From positions 1 to 64,000 of the IMG/VR virus record IMGVR_UViG_3300010371_000002: a DNA stretch of 64,000 nucleotides. The stretch is one strand, 5' to 3'. Positions 37,884-47,400 of this stretch are shown in pieces (the first letter of the stretch is position 1; every line of letters starts with the position of its first letter). Position numbers and translations under genes: made by a program. The stretch is from a virus. Below the pieces are notes generated by a model. It saw only the letters and a list, made by a program, of their open reading frames with translations. It had not been told where the DNA came from and did no database searches.

Positions 37884-38252
37884 AATCACAGCACTGCTTT
37901 CCGAGACATCTTGCCCTGTCAGGCGATACGCTTCCTCAATGCTGCGGAACCCGTCGAGTCCGAGCGGATCGTAACGGCCCCCGACCGCCTCATCGTAGAC
38001 AGCGCGCCGGATCTCCACCTTGCCGGTGCGGCGCACGACGTTATGGTCCCCGAACTCATTGGTCACAAAGGCGACCGGGACAAAGGCGCATTTCCCAGGG
38101 ATCGGTTTCTCATGCGGGAGTGCTTTCAAATCGTGGCAATACGCGACTCCGAGTTCATCGTCCGCCAGAAAGCAATTCTCCAATGGTTCGCCGTCCAGAA
38201 AGATGGACACGAGAAATTGTCTATGGTTCGACCATTGCCAATGCCAGATCAT
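37776..38252 (-). CDS. Hypothetical protein
   Basis: GAGG RBS; starts 9 nt after the chaperone extension; 3' end overlaps the opposite-strand moron. Confidence 0.45.
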   Translation of the reverse strand: MIWHWQWSNHRQFLVSIFLDGEPLENCFLADDELGVAYCHDLKALPHEKPIPGKCAFVPVAFVTNEFGDHNVVRRTGKVEIRRAVYDEAVGGRYDPLGLDGFRSIEEAYRLTGQDVSESSAVISVAHCHDERDGEHQACGDDDQQGHYQHDRERLVAL

Positions 38253-38261
38253 GACAGAGCC

Positions 38262-38597
38262 TCATATGCTGGGGGTTGCCGGACGCGATAGAATTGAAAT
38301 CAACGTGGACATCTGCCGAATCAAGGCTTCGAGGTATTTGGTGCGGCTGGAACCTAGCGACTGGCAGAGGGCGAGGAACTTGCCGCCCTCCACGGGGTCC
38401 ATGTCCTGGAGATCGCCTGCCCAGACGCCCATCTGATCCGCGACCCAGTACAGCATTTCGCCGCGGGAGCTTGCGGCGGGAAGCGGCGCGAGGTAGGAAT
38501 GGATGCCCTCCAGGTCCGCTTCCGTCTTGATAAACGCATCGACCCAGGAGCCCGCCGCTAGGGCGTCGGGTCGTCCGCCGCAGGCTTCACTTTTAAA
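38262..38597 (-). CDS. Tail assembly chaperone -1 frameshift extension (gpGT-like)
   Basis: The -1 frame is open from TTTAAAA (38597-38591) through SEACGGRPDAL...GEMLYWVADQ to the stop at 38262. Confidence 0.75.
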   Translation of the reverse strand, partial: FKSEACGGRPDALAAGSWVDAFIKTEADLEGIHSYLAPLPAASSRGEMLYWVADQMGVWAGDLQDMDPVEGGKFLALCQSLGSSRTKYLEALIRQMSTLISILSRPATPSI

Positions 38598-38995
38598 CTC
38601 TGGATGTCCCCCGCCGAAACGCGCGTGGTCGGGTCCGTCCGCGTCACGAACGCAGTCAGAATCTCCATCGGTATTTCATAGACTTTCTCTTTGGTGATCT
38701 CGCCAGTGATGGACAATTCCGGCCCAGCGACCGAGATAAGATGCACCTTTGCGTAGGACGCCTCGTAGGCTATCGCGGCGGTAGCCGGATTGACATAGTT
38801 GCCCTGCGGGTTGCGCCTCGCGCCGAATTCCTCGACGCCGCTCTGTGCGTCAATGATCGTGCCTGTATTCGGGCGCTTGTACTCGATTACCCAGGCCGTG
38901 ATGACTGCGGGGTCGTAGTCCTTGAGATCGGCGGAAGGCGTGAAGGTCACCCACCGGGAGGGGCTGACCTGAGCCGCCTGTATCGTGATTTGCAT
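38558..38995 (-). CDS. Tail assembly chaperone (lambda gpG-like)
   Basis: Between tail tube and tape measure; slippery T TTA AAA near the 3' end. Confidence 0.75.
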   Translation of the reverse strand: MQITIQAAQVSPSRWVTFTPSADLKDYDPAVITAWVIEYKRPNTGTIIDAQSGVEEFGARRNPQGNYVNPATAAIAYEASYAKVHLISVAGPELSITGEITKEKVYEIPMEILTAFVTRTDPTTRVSAGDIQSLKVKPAADDPTP

Positions 38996-39046
38996 GGAAC
39001 CTCCGGGGAGAAGTGACCATCTCCCCTAGATAGATTTTCGGGAAGC

Positions 39047-39991
39047 TTAGGAATAGCTGGTGTTGATCGGCCAGCTTGACGCCGAGTTCACGCTGTTCGT
39101 GCCAAAGACCGTGTATGCCCCGACGTTCGGCGCATAGTCGTTCGGGGACACCGACGTCGAGTCCGCATCGTACGAGACCGTCAGGTCCACCAGGAGCGTG
39201 TGGGAACCATCCCCGGTCGGGATCTGGATCTCAATGGGGTAGACGCCGGCAGCCAGCGGGATCGCCTGCGTCGCGCCGAGCAACTGTGTCATCACATAAG
39301 AGCCGATCAAAGGCCCTGGAACATAGCCGTTCGAAATCCTCGCGGTGCGGCTTTTCGCGGATGGCTGCGCCGAGAGCCGGTTGTTCAGCGTGAGCCGGAA
39401 GGCCCGGATGCTGTCGTAGGTCGTCGGACTCGATGACGCCCCGTTTCCGAACCCGCACTGGATGAAATGTGGGACACCTGCCCCGATCGTGCCTGCCGCT
39501 GCCGGGATGCTGAGATCGGACGCCGCAAGGCTGTTCAGCGGGTCCGCGATGGCTCCGCTCAGCGTGTAGCCGATCTTGCCGGGAACGCCGCCCTGCGAGT
39601 ATTGCCCATAGAGATCCAACGTATTCCACCAGAGTCCGGTGAACGTTCGCGCGGTGCCGCCTGAGTACGGGATCAGGGAGCCGACCCACGGGGTCAGGCC
39701 ACCGTTCACGCGCGCTCCGAAGGCCGTGTTGATGAGGGCTCCGATGGAGCGGTCCGGCTGCAGGTTCCCCATCACCTGAATCGCGCCCGTGCGCACGCCG
39801 GGAATGGTGATGTGGGTCAGGCCGGAATTGTCCACCGCATCGGCATAGCCACGGTTGTCGGACAGGCTGAGCCGCACGATATCGTTTGCGAAGCAGTAGG
39901 AGACCGGGGAGCCGGACGCCGGATCGGTCGCGCACACGAACGCGCCATCGAATCCCTTGCGCGCGCCGCCTGGGACGAAGATTTGAGACAT
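39047..39991 (-). CDS. Major tail (tube) protein
   Basis: GGGAGA RBS, start MSQIFV; position in module; IRAFRLTLNNRL motif. Confidence 0.7.
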   Translation of the reverse strand: MSQIFVPGGARKGFDGAFVCATDPASGSPVSYCFANDIVRLSLSDNRGYADAVDNSGLTHITIPGVRTGAIQVMGNLQPDRSIGALINTAFGARVNGGLTPWVGSLIPYSGGTARTFTGLWWNTLDLYGQYSQGGVPGKIGYTLSGAIADPLNSLAASDLSIPAAAGTIGAGVPHFIQCGFGNGASSSPTTYDSIRAFRLTLNNRLSAQPSAKSRTARISNGYVPGPLIGSYVMTQLLGATQAIPLAAGVYPIEIQIPTGDGSHTLLVDLTVSYDADSTSVSPNDYAPNVGAYTVFGTNSVNSASSWPINTSYS

Positions 39992-40042
39992 GGTTTTCTC
40001 CCGCCGATCACGGCATTCAGGAAAAGGAGGCCCGAGCAATGG

Positions 40043-40636
40043 CTACGAGGGGCCGATGTATGTGGTTCGGTTCTGGGCGTAGTGGATGATCGCGCGGTGG
40101 ACGATCAGATATCCGTGGTAATAGGTCTTGCCTTCGGCGGAGATCTCCGGCCAGTTCATCGGGCCGCCGGAGATGCGCTCGCACTCCGTGAAGCCCCAGG
40201 GCTCTCCGTTGCCTTTCGGCGGCAGCGCATAGCCACCCGTCGCCGGGTTCTTCGGATACAGGGTGCGCGTGTGGCTGTTGTTGAACAGGTCGCGGAGCGT
40301 GTCGCTCACGACGCCTTCGAAGTAGGAGAATGCCTCCGGGCTGTTCCCCACCGCGATCGGCGTCTTGACCCGTATCTCCGTCATCTGCGTGAGTTCGTAC
40401 AGCCCGGTTCCTTCCGGCAAGTCTTGATCCCGCCCATGGACGATGCAGACCAGAGGTTGTCCGACCGCCTTCAGATCTCCAATCGGCACCTGTGCCGCTG
40501 AGATCTGAAGAGAAGCAGGAACCCCGGCGGCCGCGAACGTCGCGTTGATGGACGGAATCCCGTAGGTCAGGATCAGGTCCTGGAGGGCGTAGTCGAGCGC
40601 CTGCCGGAGCGGCATCATCGTTTGCGGTGCAGGCAT
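40043..40636 (-). CDS. Putative tail terminator
   Basis: Position between the morphogenesis gene and tail tube; size. Confidence 0.5.
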   Translation of the reverse strand: MPAPQTMMPLRQALDYALQDLILTYGIPSINATFAAAGVPASLQISAAQVPIGDLKAVGQPLVCIVHGRDQDLPEGTGLYELTQMTEIRVKTPIAVGNSPEAFSYFEGVVSDTLRDLFNNSHTRTLYPKNPATGGYALPPKGNGEPWGFTECERISGGPMNWPEISAEGKTYYHGYLIVHRAIIHYAQNRTTYIGPS

Positions 40637-40645
40637 GGGAGTGAC

Positions 40646-41170
40646 CTACGAAGGCGTGATTTCGCTGGCGCGAACCTCGATCCCCGAAGGGGCGATGCCG
40701 GTTCGCATCACGATATAATCAATGAGCCGCTTCTGAAGCTGGTCGATTTCCGCCGGGACGAGCGCCACGAGGATGCGCTGTGGAACCCAGGAATCGGATG
40801 AGGGATTGTCATGGACCGCTGCATAGGGCGCGAAATCCAGATTGATTCCCGTCGTTACGGAATTCGCGGTGAGCAGGATCGTCTCGCCCACCTCGGAGGC
40901 CAGTCGCCCGGTCCGCACGAGGGTTTCGTCCCCGAACCCGAGACGGTCTTTCTCCCGCTGCGTTTTGGGTGTCACGGCTGCCCAGGGCACGCCGAAGGTC
41001 TGCCCTTTGTCCTCGAAGTTGCGCTGCTGCCACTGGGCCATGTCAAGCCCCATGAGATCCAGGATCGGCGAGAAGTCCTCCCCCAGGAATTCACAGAGCG
41101 GCCCGAGATCGCCCTCCGGGATCAGGTCCGGCGTCGCATAGATCGAGAACACAACCGATTGAGCAGGCAT
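40646..41170 (-). CDS. Virion morphogenesis / tail completion protein (Mu gpG-like)
   Basis: NFEDKG...PWAAV.P.T...K...LVRTGRL...PYAAVH...PQR. Confidence 0.8.
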   Translation of the reverse strand: MPAQSVVFSIYATPDLIPEGDLGPLCEFLGEDFSPILDLMGLDMAQWQQRNFEDKGQTFGVPWAAVTPKTQREKDRLGFGDETLVRTGRLASEVGETILLTANSVTTGINLDFAPYAAVHDNPSSDSWVPQRILVALVPAEIDQLQKRLIDYIVMRTGIAPSGIEVRASEITPS

Positions 41171-41173
41171 ACA

Positions 41174-41557
41174 CTACTCCGGTAAGGGATTTGCCTCGAT
41201 GGTGACCGGATTGTCTTCGGGGGTGTCCGGTGGCTTGGGTTGTGGCGCTTCCGGCAGTGGAATCTCGGATGCTTGCTGCACAGATGGTTTGGTCACAACA
41301 ATTCCACTCTCTGCCTCAATTTGCTCAAGTGTTTTAAGCTCTGAGTGGTCGAGACGGTTGCCATTTGGATCGGTGAGGGGTTGGCGTGGGTAGCCGATCG
41401 GGAAGCGGCACCGGGGGCATTCGCCCGTGGACTTCACCTCGGGGGCATATTCGGGCGTGACCTCCCGTCCGTCGGGGCCGACCACGTTTGTTCGCGAGGG
41501 CATTGCGGAGCCGTTGTGGTTGTATCCGCAGTTCGCGCACTGTTTTGTAAGGTCCAT
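41174..41557 (-). CDS. Hypothetical Zn-ribbon protein
   Basis: CANC...CPRC; AGGAG RBS. Confidence 0.6.
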   Translation of the reverse strand: MDLTKQCANCGYNHNGSAMPSRTNVVGPDGREVTPEYAPEVKSTGECPRCRFPIGYPRQPLTDPNGNRLDHSELKTLEQIEAESGIVVTKPSVQQASEIPLPEAPQPKPPDTPEDNPVTIEANPLPE

Positions 41558-41567
41558 GCTCTCGCTC

Positions 41568-41990
41568 CTATGTCTGGGGAATATCGGGTGGCCGGAAACT
41601 GGGGCGCGTTCCGTCCGGGTTGGCCGTCGCGGTTGCGGACTGAGGCTCGCGATAGCAGCACATCCGCTGCATGGCCCCCTGGTTCTGGATCATCTCCCGG
41701 TAAGTACGGGCGATTATATAGACTGTGCCCTGCCTCGTCAGCGTCTGGTTCTCCACCGGAACCGCCTTGAGAAAACTGGGCGGCACATCCACGATAATCG
41801 GGTCTGCGTTCGCCGCATTGACAAGCCCTTCGGGAACCCATGGCGGCACGCTCGTGATCCCGACAGCCGTGACGTTCGCATACGCGACGGTCCCGTCCGG
41901 GAGGGTGACTTGTTCCCCATACTGCTTCACGGTGTTCGCAATAATGTCCGCGAATCCGATCCCGCGCGTACTCGCCCCTCGCTGCCTCAT
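41568..41990 (-). CDS. Putative head-closure protein
   Basis: Position; YGEQVTL...LTRQGTVYII pattern. Confidence 0.5.
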   Translation of the reverse strand: MRQRGASTRGIGFADIIANTVKQYGEQVTLPDGTVAYANVTAVGITSVPPWVPEGLVNAANADPIIVDVPPSFLKAVPVENQTLTRQGTVYIIARTYREMIQNQGAMQRMCCYREPQSATATANPDGTRPSFRPPDIPQT

Positions 41991-42008
41991 GGATAGCCTC
42001 GCAAATCA

Positions 42009-42407
42009 CTACCACACGGTCATGTTGCCGGGGTTGTTGCCGTTGCCGGTCGCAGGGGTGAACATCTGATCCGGCGGGTTTATGACCGGCTGATAGGGGC
42101 ACTTCGACCGCAAATCGGACGCCTGGGCGCGGTACTGGGCCGCGAGTTCGGAGGTCGTGACGCCAAGGCTCTGGGTCTTCACGATGAGCGCCAGCCGCAC
42201 GGCATCGGAAGCCAGTGCCTCCAGACCCATCGCCGCCGCCAGCATCGGCGTGTTGCCCGCGATCCCGAGGAAATACTGAATCTCGGCATCGGTGAACGTC
42301 GCGGTGTTTTGCCCGTCATCCGTCAGGTCGTCCACGTCGGTATCGGCGAGATGGAGACGGGTCTGTCCAGTGGTCGTGGTCAAATCGTAGGTGTAGATGG
42401 CAGTCAT
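42009..42407 (-). CDS. Head-tail adaptor
   Basis: TY..TTTTGQTRLHLADTD...FTDAEIQYFL...AAA..LEALA...LAAQYR.QA..LR. Confidence 0.75.
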   Translation of the reverse strand: MTAIYTYDLTTTTGQTRLHLADTDVDDLTDDGQNTATFTDAEIQYFLGIAGNTPMLAAAMGLEALASDAVRLALIVKTQSLGVTTSELAAQYRAQASDLRSKCPYQPVINPPDQMFTPATGNGNNPGNMTVW

Positions 42408-42417
42408 CGCGCGCCTC

Positions 42418-42933
42418 CTATCCGGTCCGGGATTCGGCAACGCCAGGAATGACCGTTACCTTCGTGGTGTCCTGGATCGTCGGCGTCTGCCGGCCGGTCG
42501 CAAGGTTCTCGATGTTGCCGCCCCGGGTGCGGAACTGTCCGGCATCGAAGAATGCGTGCCAACTGGAGATGTGGTACCGCCAGAGCGTGTGCTTGGGATC
42601 GTGCTTCATCTCGGAATGGATGCCGGGGAAAAAGCCGACGGGTACGTTATAGGGATCGTAAGGCTGGTAGATCTCCGCGCGGCTGATCCGGTCCGGCATA
42701 ATCGGCATGTAGAACGCCTTGTCGTCCCCCTGCGCGATCATCCAGCGGTCATCGCCGCAGAGCACAGAACAGATGTCCTGCGCGATCACCAGATGGTCGC
42801 AGACCACGAGTTTTCCGTCCACCATCAGCGGGATCGGGGTGTCATCGCCCGTTTTGTACCAGACGATGATGCAGTAACCCTTGACGGTCTCTTTTGTCTC
42901 GAACATACATGGCCTCGCGAGCAGAGATTTCAA
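42418..42933 (-). CDS. Hypothetical protein
   Basis: ORF between capsid and adaptor genes. Confidence 0.55.
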   Translation of the reverse strand: MKSLLARPCMFETKETVKGYCIIVWYKTGDDTPIPLMVDGKLVVCDHLVIAQDICSVLCGDDRWMIAQGDDKAFYMPIMPDRISRAEIYQPYDPYNVPVGFFPGIHSEMKHDPKHTLWRYHISSWHAFFDAGQFRTRGGNIENLATGRQTPTIQDTTKVTVIPGVAESRTG

Positions 42934-43016
42934 CTGGTCAAAGTATCAGGGAGGCTGACGCAGCAATCGCCACACAGCCTCCCTAGTGAAGCACGGAGTT
43001 CCTAGTCCAATGGAAC

Positions 43017-44045
43017 TTAGATGGAGGTTCCGCTGATCAGGTAAGCACCGACGATCTTGCCGGTGGACGGGGCATCGACCGCGACGGCCTTGGCAGTCCT
43101 CATGCAAGATGCCTCGATGAACTGGCCCTTGCGGTCCTCGTTGCGGTACCGGCGCACCTGGAAGCCGCGCACGCCCGTGGTGTCGTCCGGAGCCTCGAAG
43201 GTGCGGAAGCCGTGGACGGTGCGCGGGCCGACGCCGACGCTGCGGTAGAACACGACCGCGAGCGCCTGCCCCTGGTCGTCCACCCACATGTTGTTCGTCG
43301 TCACGGCCGCGCCTTCCGCCGCCGTGTTGTACTGCTGGTTCCCTTCCAGGACCGTACAGCCGCGAAGGTTGCGCACCAGACCGCTTTCGCTCAGTCCCTC
43401 CGGGTTGGTGAACTTATACAGGTCCTTGTAGTCCGGGTGGTCGGCGAGCGTGAGGGCGCTGTCCAGGGTGAGCAGAATGTAGTTCGCTTCCCGGTAGACA
43501 CCCTTGCGGACCGCGATGCGCCCGTCCCGGATGTTCGAGAACGGATGGGAGTTCGCGGAGGCGTACGAGAGCCAGGAGGTTCCCGTGCTGCCGGTGGTGA
43601 GCTGGGCCGTGTAGCCGCTCGCATACCCGGAGCGCGTCCCGACGATGGTCGCCGTGAACTTCTCGTAGTCGAGTTTGATGCGCTCGGTCACGAGATAGGT
43701 GGCGTCGATGTCGGGCTGCAGCGGGCTGTCCGCGATGGCGATTTCCGCGTCCGTCACGAGATCGCGCAGGGCGAACTCCTCCGTGTAGTAGGAGTCCGTG
43801 GAGAGCGTGAAGTCGATCTCGGCCGCTTCGGTTTTTGGCCGCCGGATGGACCGGGGCCGGTTATTGGCGTCCAGTCCGCTGGTCGAGAGGAACGTCGCCC
43901 GGTCGTACACGAAGTACTTGTTGGAGCGCACGTCCACCGGCAGCGGCGGGGCCACGACATCCGCAATCAGGGAGTCGTTCATGTAGGCGATCGAGACCTC
44001 GGTGAGAGCGCGATCGATGTGGAGACTTGTCAGCGCAGGCATCAT
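43017..44045 (-). CDS. Major capsid protein
   Basis: IDRALTEVSIAY.N.SLIAD.V.P..PV...KY..Y N-terminus; GAYLI C-terminus; strong codon bias; AGGAGG RBS. Confidence 0.9.
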   Translation of the reverse strand: MMPALTSLHIDRALTEVSIAYMNDSLIADVVAPPLPVDVRSNKYFVYDRATFLSTSGLDANNRPRSIRRPKTEAAEIDFTLSTDSYYTEEFALRDLVTDAEIAIADSPLQPDIDATYLVTERIKLDYEKFTATIVGTRSGYASGYTAQLTTGSTGTSWLSYASANSHPFSNIRDGRIAVRKGVYREANYILLTLDSALTLADHPDYKDLYKFTNPEGLSESGLVRNLRGCTVLEGNQQYNTAAEGAAVTTNNMWVDDQGQALAVVFYRSVGVGPRTVHGFRTFEAPDDTTGVRGFQVRRYRNEDRKGQFIEASCMRTAKAVAVDAPSTGKIVGAYLISGTSI

Positions 44046-44054
44046 GCCCTCCTT

Positions 44055-44453
44055 TTACAGCCGGGTCAGTTCCGGGTTGATCAGTACGTCCACCAGATTG
44101 CCCGACGTGGCGTTCGTCACCGCCGTCCCGACCACCTGGGCCACGATCGCCCCCGTGGTATTGGGCACGATCGGGACAGCCTGCCCGATGGCGTTCGAGG
44201 CGACTTGCTGGCCTGCCGTGATGGTTGCGCCCGCGATGATCTGGCAGATATCATCGATCTGGACCGCGACGTTGCCGTCCGAGTCCGAGGGTTCGCCGGT
44301 GACACCGGCGAACGGCTGGGCGTTCGCGGTCGAGAGCGCCACGGCTCCCTGGTTCACCGTCGAAACGATGACGATCAGGTTCGCGCCGACGGGCGTGGTG
44401 GGCGCTCCGTCAACCGTGAATGTCCGGCGTCGGCCGGTATGCTGATAGGCCAT
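44055..44453 (-). CDS. Capsid cement/decoration protein (DUF2190-like)
   Basis: AGATITAGQQVASNAIGQAV...VGTAVTNATSGNLVDVLI. Confidence 0.8.
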   Translation of the reverse strand: MAYQHTGRRRTFTVDGAPTTPVGANLIVIVSTVNQGAVALSTANAQPFAGVTGEPSDSDGNVAVQIDDICQIIAGATITAGQQVASNAIGQAVPIVPNTTGAIVAQVVGTAVTNATSGNLVDVLINPELTRL

Positions 44454-47400
44454 TATTTTCCTCCTGCCACCGGCGCGCTGGCGCGGTACGCCGCCGCCTT
44501 ATCGGGATGCTCGCGCGAAACGATTTCGAGCGCCTTACCGAACGTGATGTTGTCCTTCTTGGCGCGGTCCCGCGCGAAGGTGATGATCTCCGCGTCATCG
44601 GCACCGTTTTGGGTGCCGCGCGGAACTCGTGTGGACTGGAAGCCCACGAGCGCCGCGATGGGCTCCCGGTCCTGGTACAGAGGCCGGATGTGGGCGTCGA
44701 AGAACGCCGGTTCCACTTCCCCAAGCTTCTTCGTCAGCGATTCCGCCTCGTGCGAGGTGATGCGGAACTCATCCGCCATGGACTTGATCCAGGCGCTGTT
44801 CTGCGCGAAATGCGCCGCTTTCGCCTGCTCGGCCTGCTTCGTCTGCTCGGCGGAAAAGTCGGTTTTGAGCGCGACATTCTCTTCCCGAAGTTTTGCGAGT
44901 TCGACTTTCAGTGAACTGAACTCGGCCTTGTCGGCCTCACTGAGACCACCACCGGTCGTGGTCGCCCCTGCATCGGCTTCCTTGGTCGCTTCCGCGAAGA
45001 CGGCTACGACCTGCTCTTCCGTCGCGTCGTCCGGCAGCTTCTTGAACTTTGCGGCGATTGTCTGCCACACATTCATTTTTTTCTCCTTGCCGGACCTGTC
45101 GGCCGACATCATCGCGGGCAGGCTCGTCATCGAAGCTTGATGAGCGAGCGGGTGCCCAATGGCGAGTTTGCTCATGTACGCATCGCAGTCCGCGCCCATT
45201 TTGGCCGCGTTATCGTGATGCTTCTGGATCTCCCGCAAGAGTTCGGGAGTGATGAAGTCGGCCCGCCCCTCGACTTCCCGGGGCGTACCGAACATCGATT
45301 TTCCGGGGCAGTGCGCCCCCTGGCTGCACGCGAAGTCGTGTACGACCTGGTGCGGATTGCTGTAGTAGCCGCTGGTGTCGCCCATAAGGACCTTCCCTTG
45401 AGTCGTGGGTGGACCGCCGGACTGCCCGGATTTGAACCCGGCCGCCTCGGCGGCGTTGAAGGCCGCCATGAGCGCGGCCCCGGTGATGCGCGGATGCTCA
45501 ACGAGGGCGAGCCCCGTGAGCTTCTTCGAGGTCCGGTCCCATTCGCACGAGACGGGCTTGTCCTCGGGGAGCTGGCTGTCCAGCCACTTCGGGATCTTGA
45601 CGGTGCCGAAGAGCTTCTTGCCATCGGTCCGGGCGTCGATGACGTCGCCCAGCTTCCCGTCGAGCATCGTGGGGACATGCTCCAGGTCGATCGGCACCGG
45701 CGCGAAGTCCTGAACGGCCTGGTTCATCTCGGCCGTGTTCAGCGAGAACTTCTTATCGGGATAATCACCGACTTCGAACAGGAAGGAGTTCGGATAGTAG
45801 ACGTAATCGCCGTCCTCGAACCGGCTTCCTTGATTTGCAGTGAGGCTGAATGCCGCCATCTTGGCCTTCCTCTTTCCGGTGTAGCCTTTCGGCATCACCG
45901 CCGAATCGTCGTCTCCGTCATCGTCCGGCAGCCACGGCGCGACGATCTCGGGATCATGGAACTGATCCGCCATGCGCTTGTAGATCTTCTCAAGGTCCTC
46001 TTCGGCGGATTTCCGGGACGCCGCCGGGAGATCGGTCTGCTTCAGGCGGGCGGCGGCGTTGAAGGCCCCGTGCGGGATGATCGTGAGCTTCCCGCCCACG
46101 ATATCGGCAATCGGCAGCTTGTAGCTGGTGAAGAGCTTGGGGTCGCCCGCGCAGGCAAGGAACGCCTTGCCGAAGTTGCCTGTCGGCTCCTTGTCGGAGC
46201 CCGTGTGGTCCCGGACGCGCTTTGCCGCCGCCCCGGCGTCCCAGGGATGATCGCGCGGCGCGATGGGAAGCGAAATATCGCCCACCTTGAAGTGAACATG
46301 GGCTGGCTGTGGCATGGCGTCTCCTTTCAAGGGGATCACGAAGCGCCGCCCGCGCGCGTCCGAGAAGGTGATCTCGTCCACGGAATGCTCCGTGCCGATC
46401 AGGGAATCGTTTCCGGCGAACTTCGCGCCCTGGCCAGCCTTCACGTAGGCCACCGTCACATGCGGGCGGTAATCCGGGAACGTGACCGTGGTGTCGCAGC
46501 CGCTTCGGATCTTCTGGTGGAGCGCGTGCAGGTCCGGGCTGTGGACATCAAACTTCACGACATCATCGCGCCCGTCCTTGCCCTCGAACACGCTCGTGGG
46601 ACCGAACCGCAGCGTGACTGGCCCATGATCCTTCACAGCCGCCGCCACGGCATGCGGATCGAACGTATGGAGTCCGTAGCAGACCGTGCAGTGCGGCGTG
46701 TCCTCGCGGCCATCCTCGCCCATGTCAGCATCGGGGATGGATGCCGCAAACCCCGTCACGAGATCCGCGAGAGCGGGCGGAAGGTCGATCTGCGTGGACG
46801 CGAAGGTGTGCCGGAAGTCGCTCGCCCCGAGCCGTGCGGCCATCGCTCCACATTTCGGGCAGACATTGTAACGCCCTCGAACGTTGTCTTCTGTTTCAAA
46901 TTCGTGTCGGCAGTTCGTGCAGGCGAACGAGTACCGATGGGGTTTCTCCTCGCCCGTCGGCTTGTCGATGTGAAGCGACCCCAGATCCGTGAAAGATGCT
47001 TTTTCAGAATCATCGGGGGCAACTTCCAGGAAGCACTGGCAGCGAAAGCCGTGGCACGCGAGATCGAAGCTCTGCGGGTAGAGTCCGGTGGCCGCGAAGT
47101 CCTCGGCCGGCATCGGGCCAAGAGACGCCATCTCCAGGCAGTCGCGGCAGGATTCCTTCGTCGCCCCGATCCGCCAGATGATGGACTGCCCACTCTCCAC
47201 CGCGCCCGCGACCAATCCCGCCCAGTACTGCGACAGAATCGCGTTGCAATACAGCGTCACACGCCGCCGAACCGTATCATCCGAAAGTGGAGAGGGTTGC
47301 GACTGAGAAGTTTGATCTGATCCCTGCTCCGCAGCCGAATTAGCGTCCGCATTCTCGCGCGAGATATGAGCGGCATTGGCGAATAAGCGTAGTGCGTCAG

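Noticed and set aside
39047-41170. Contractile (Mu-like myovirus) tail
   Set aside because: Despite Mu-like head genes, no sheath or baseplate wedge genes are recognisable.
43212-47320. 642-aa and 727-aa plus-strand ORFs
   Set aside because: Antisense shadows of the capsid and polyprotein genes.
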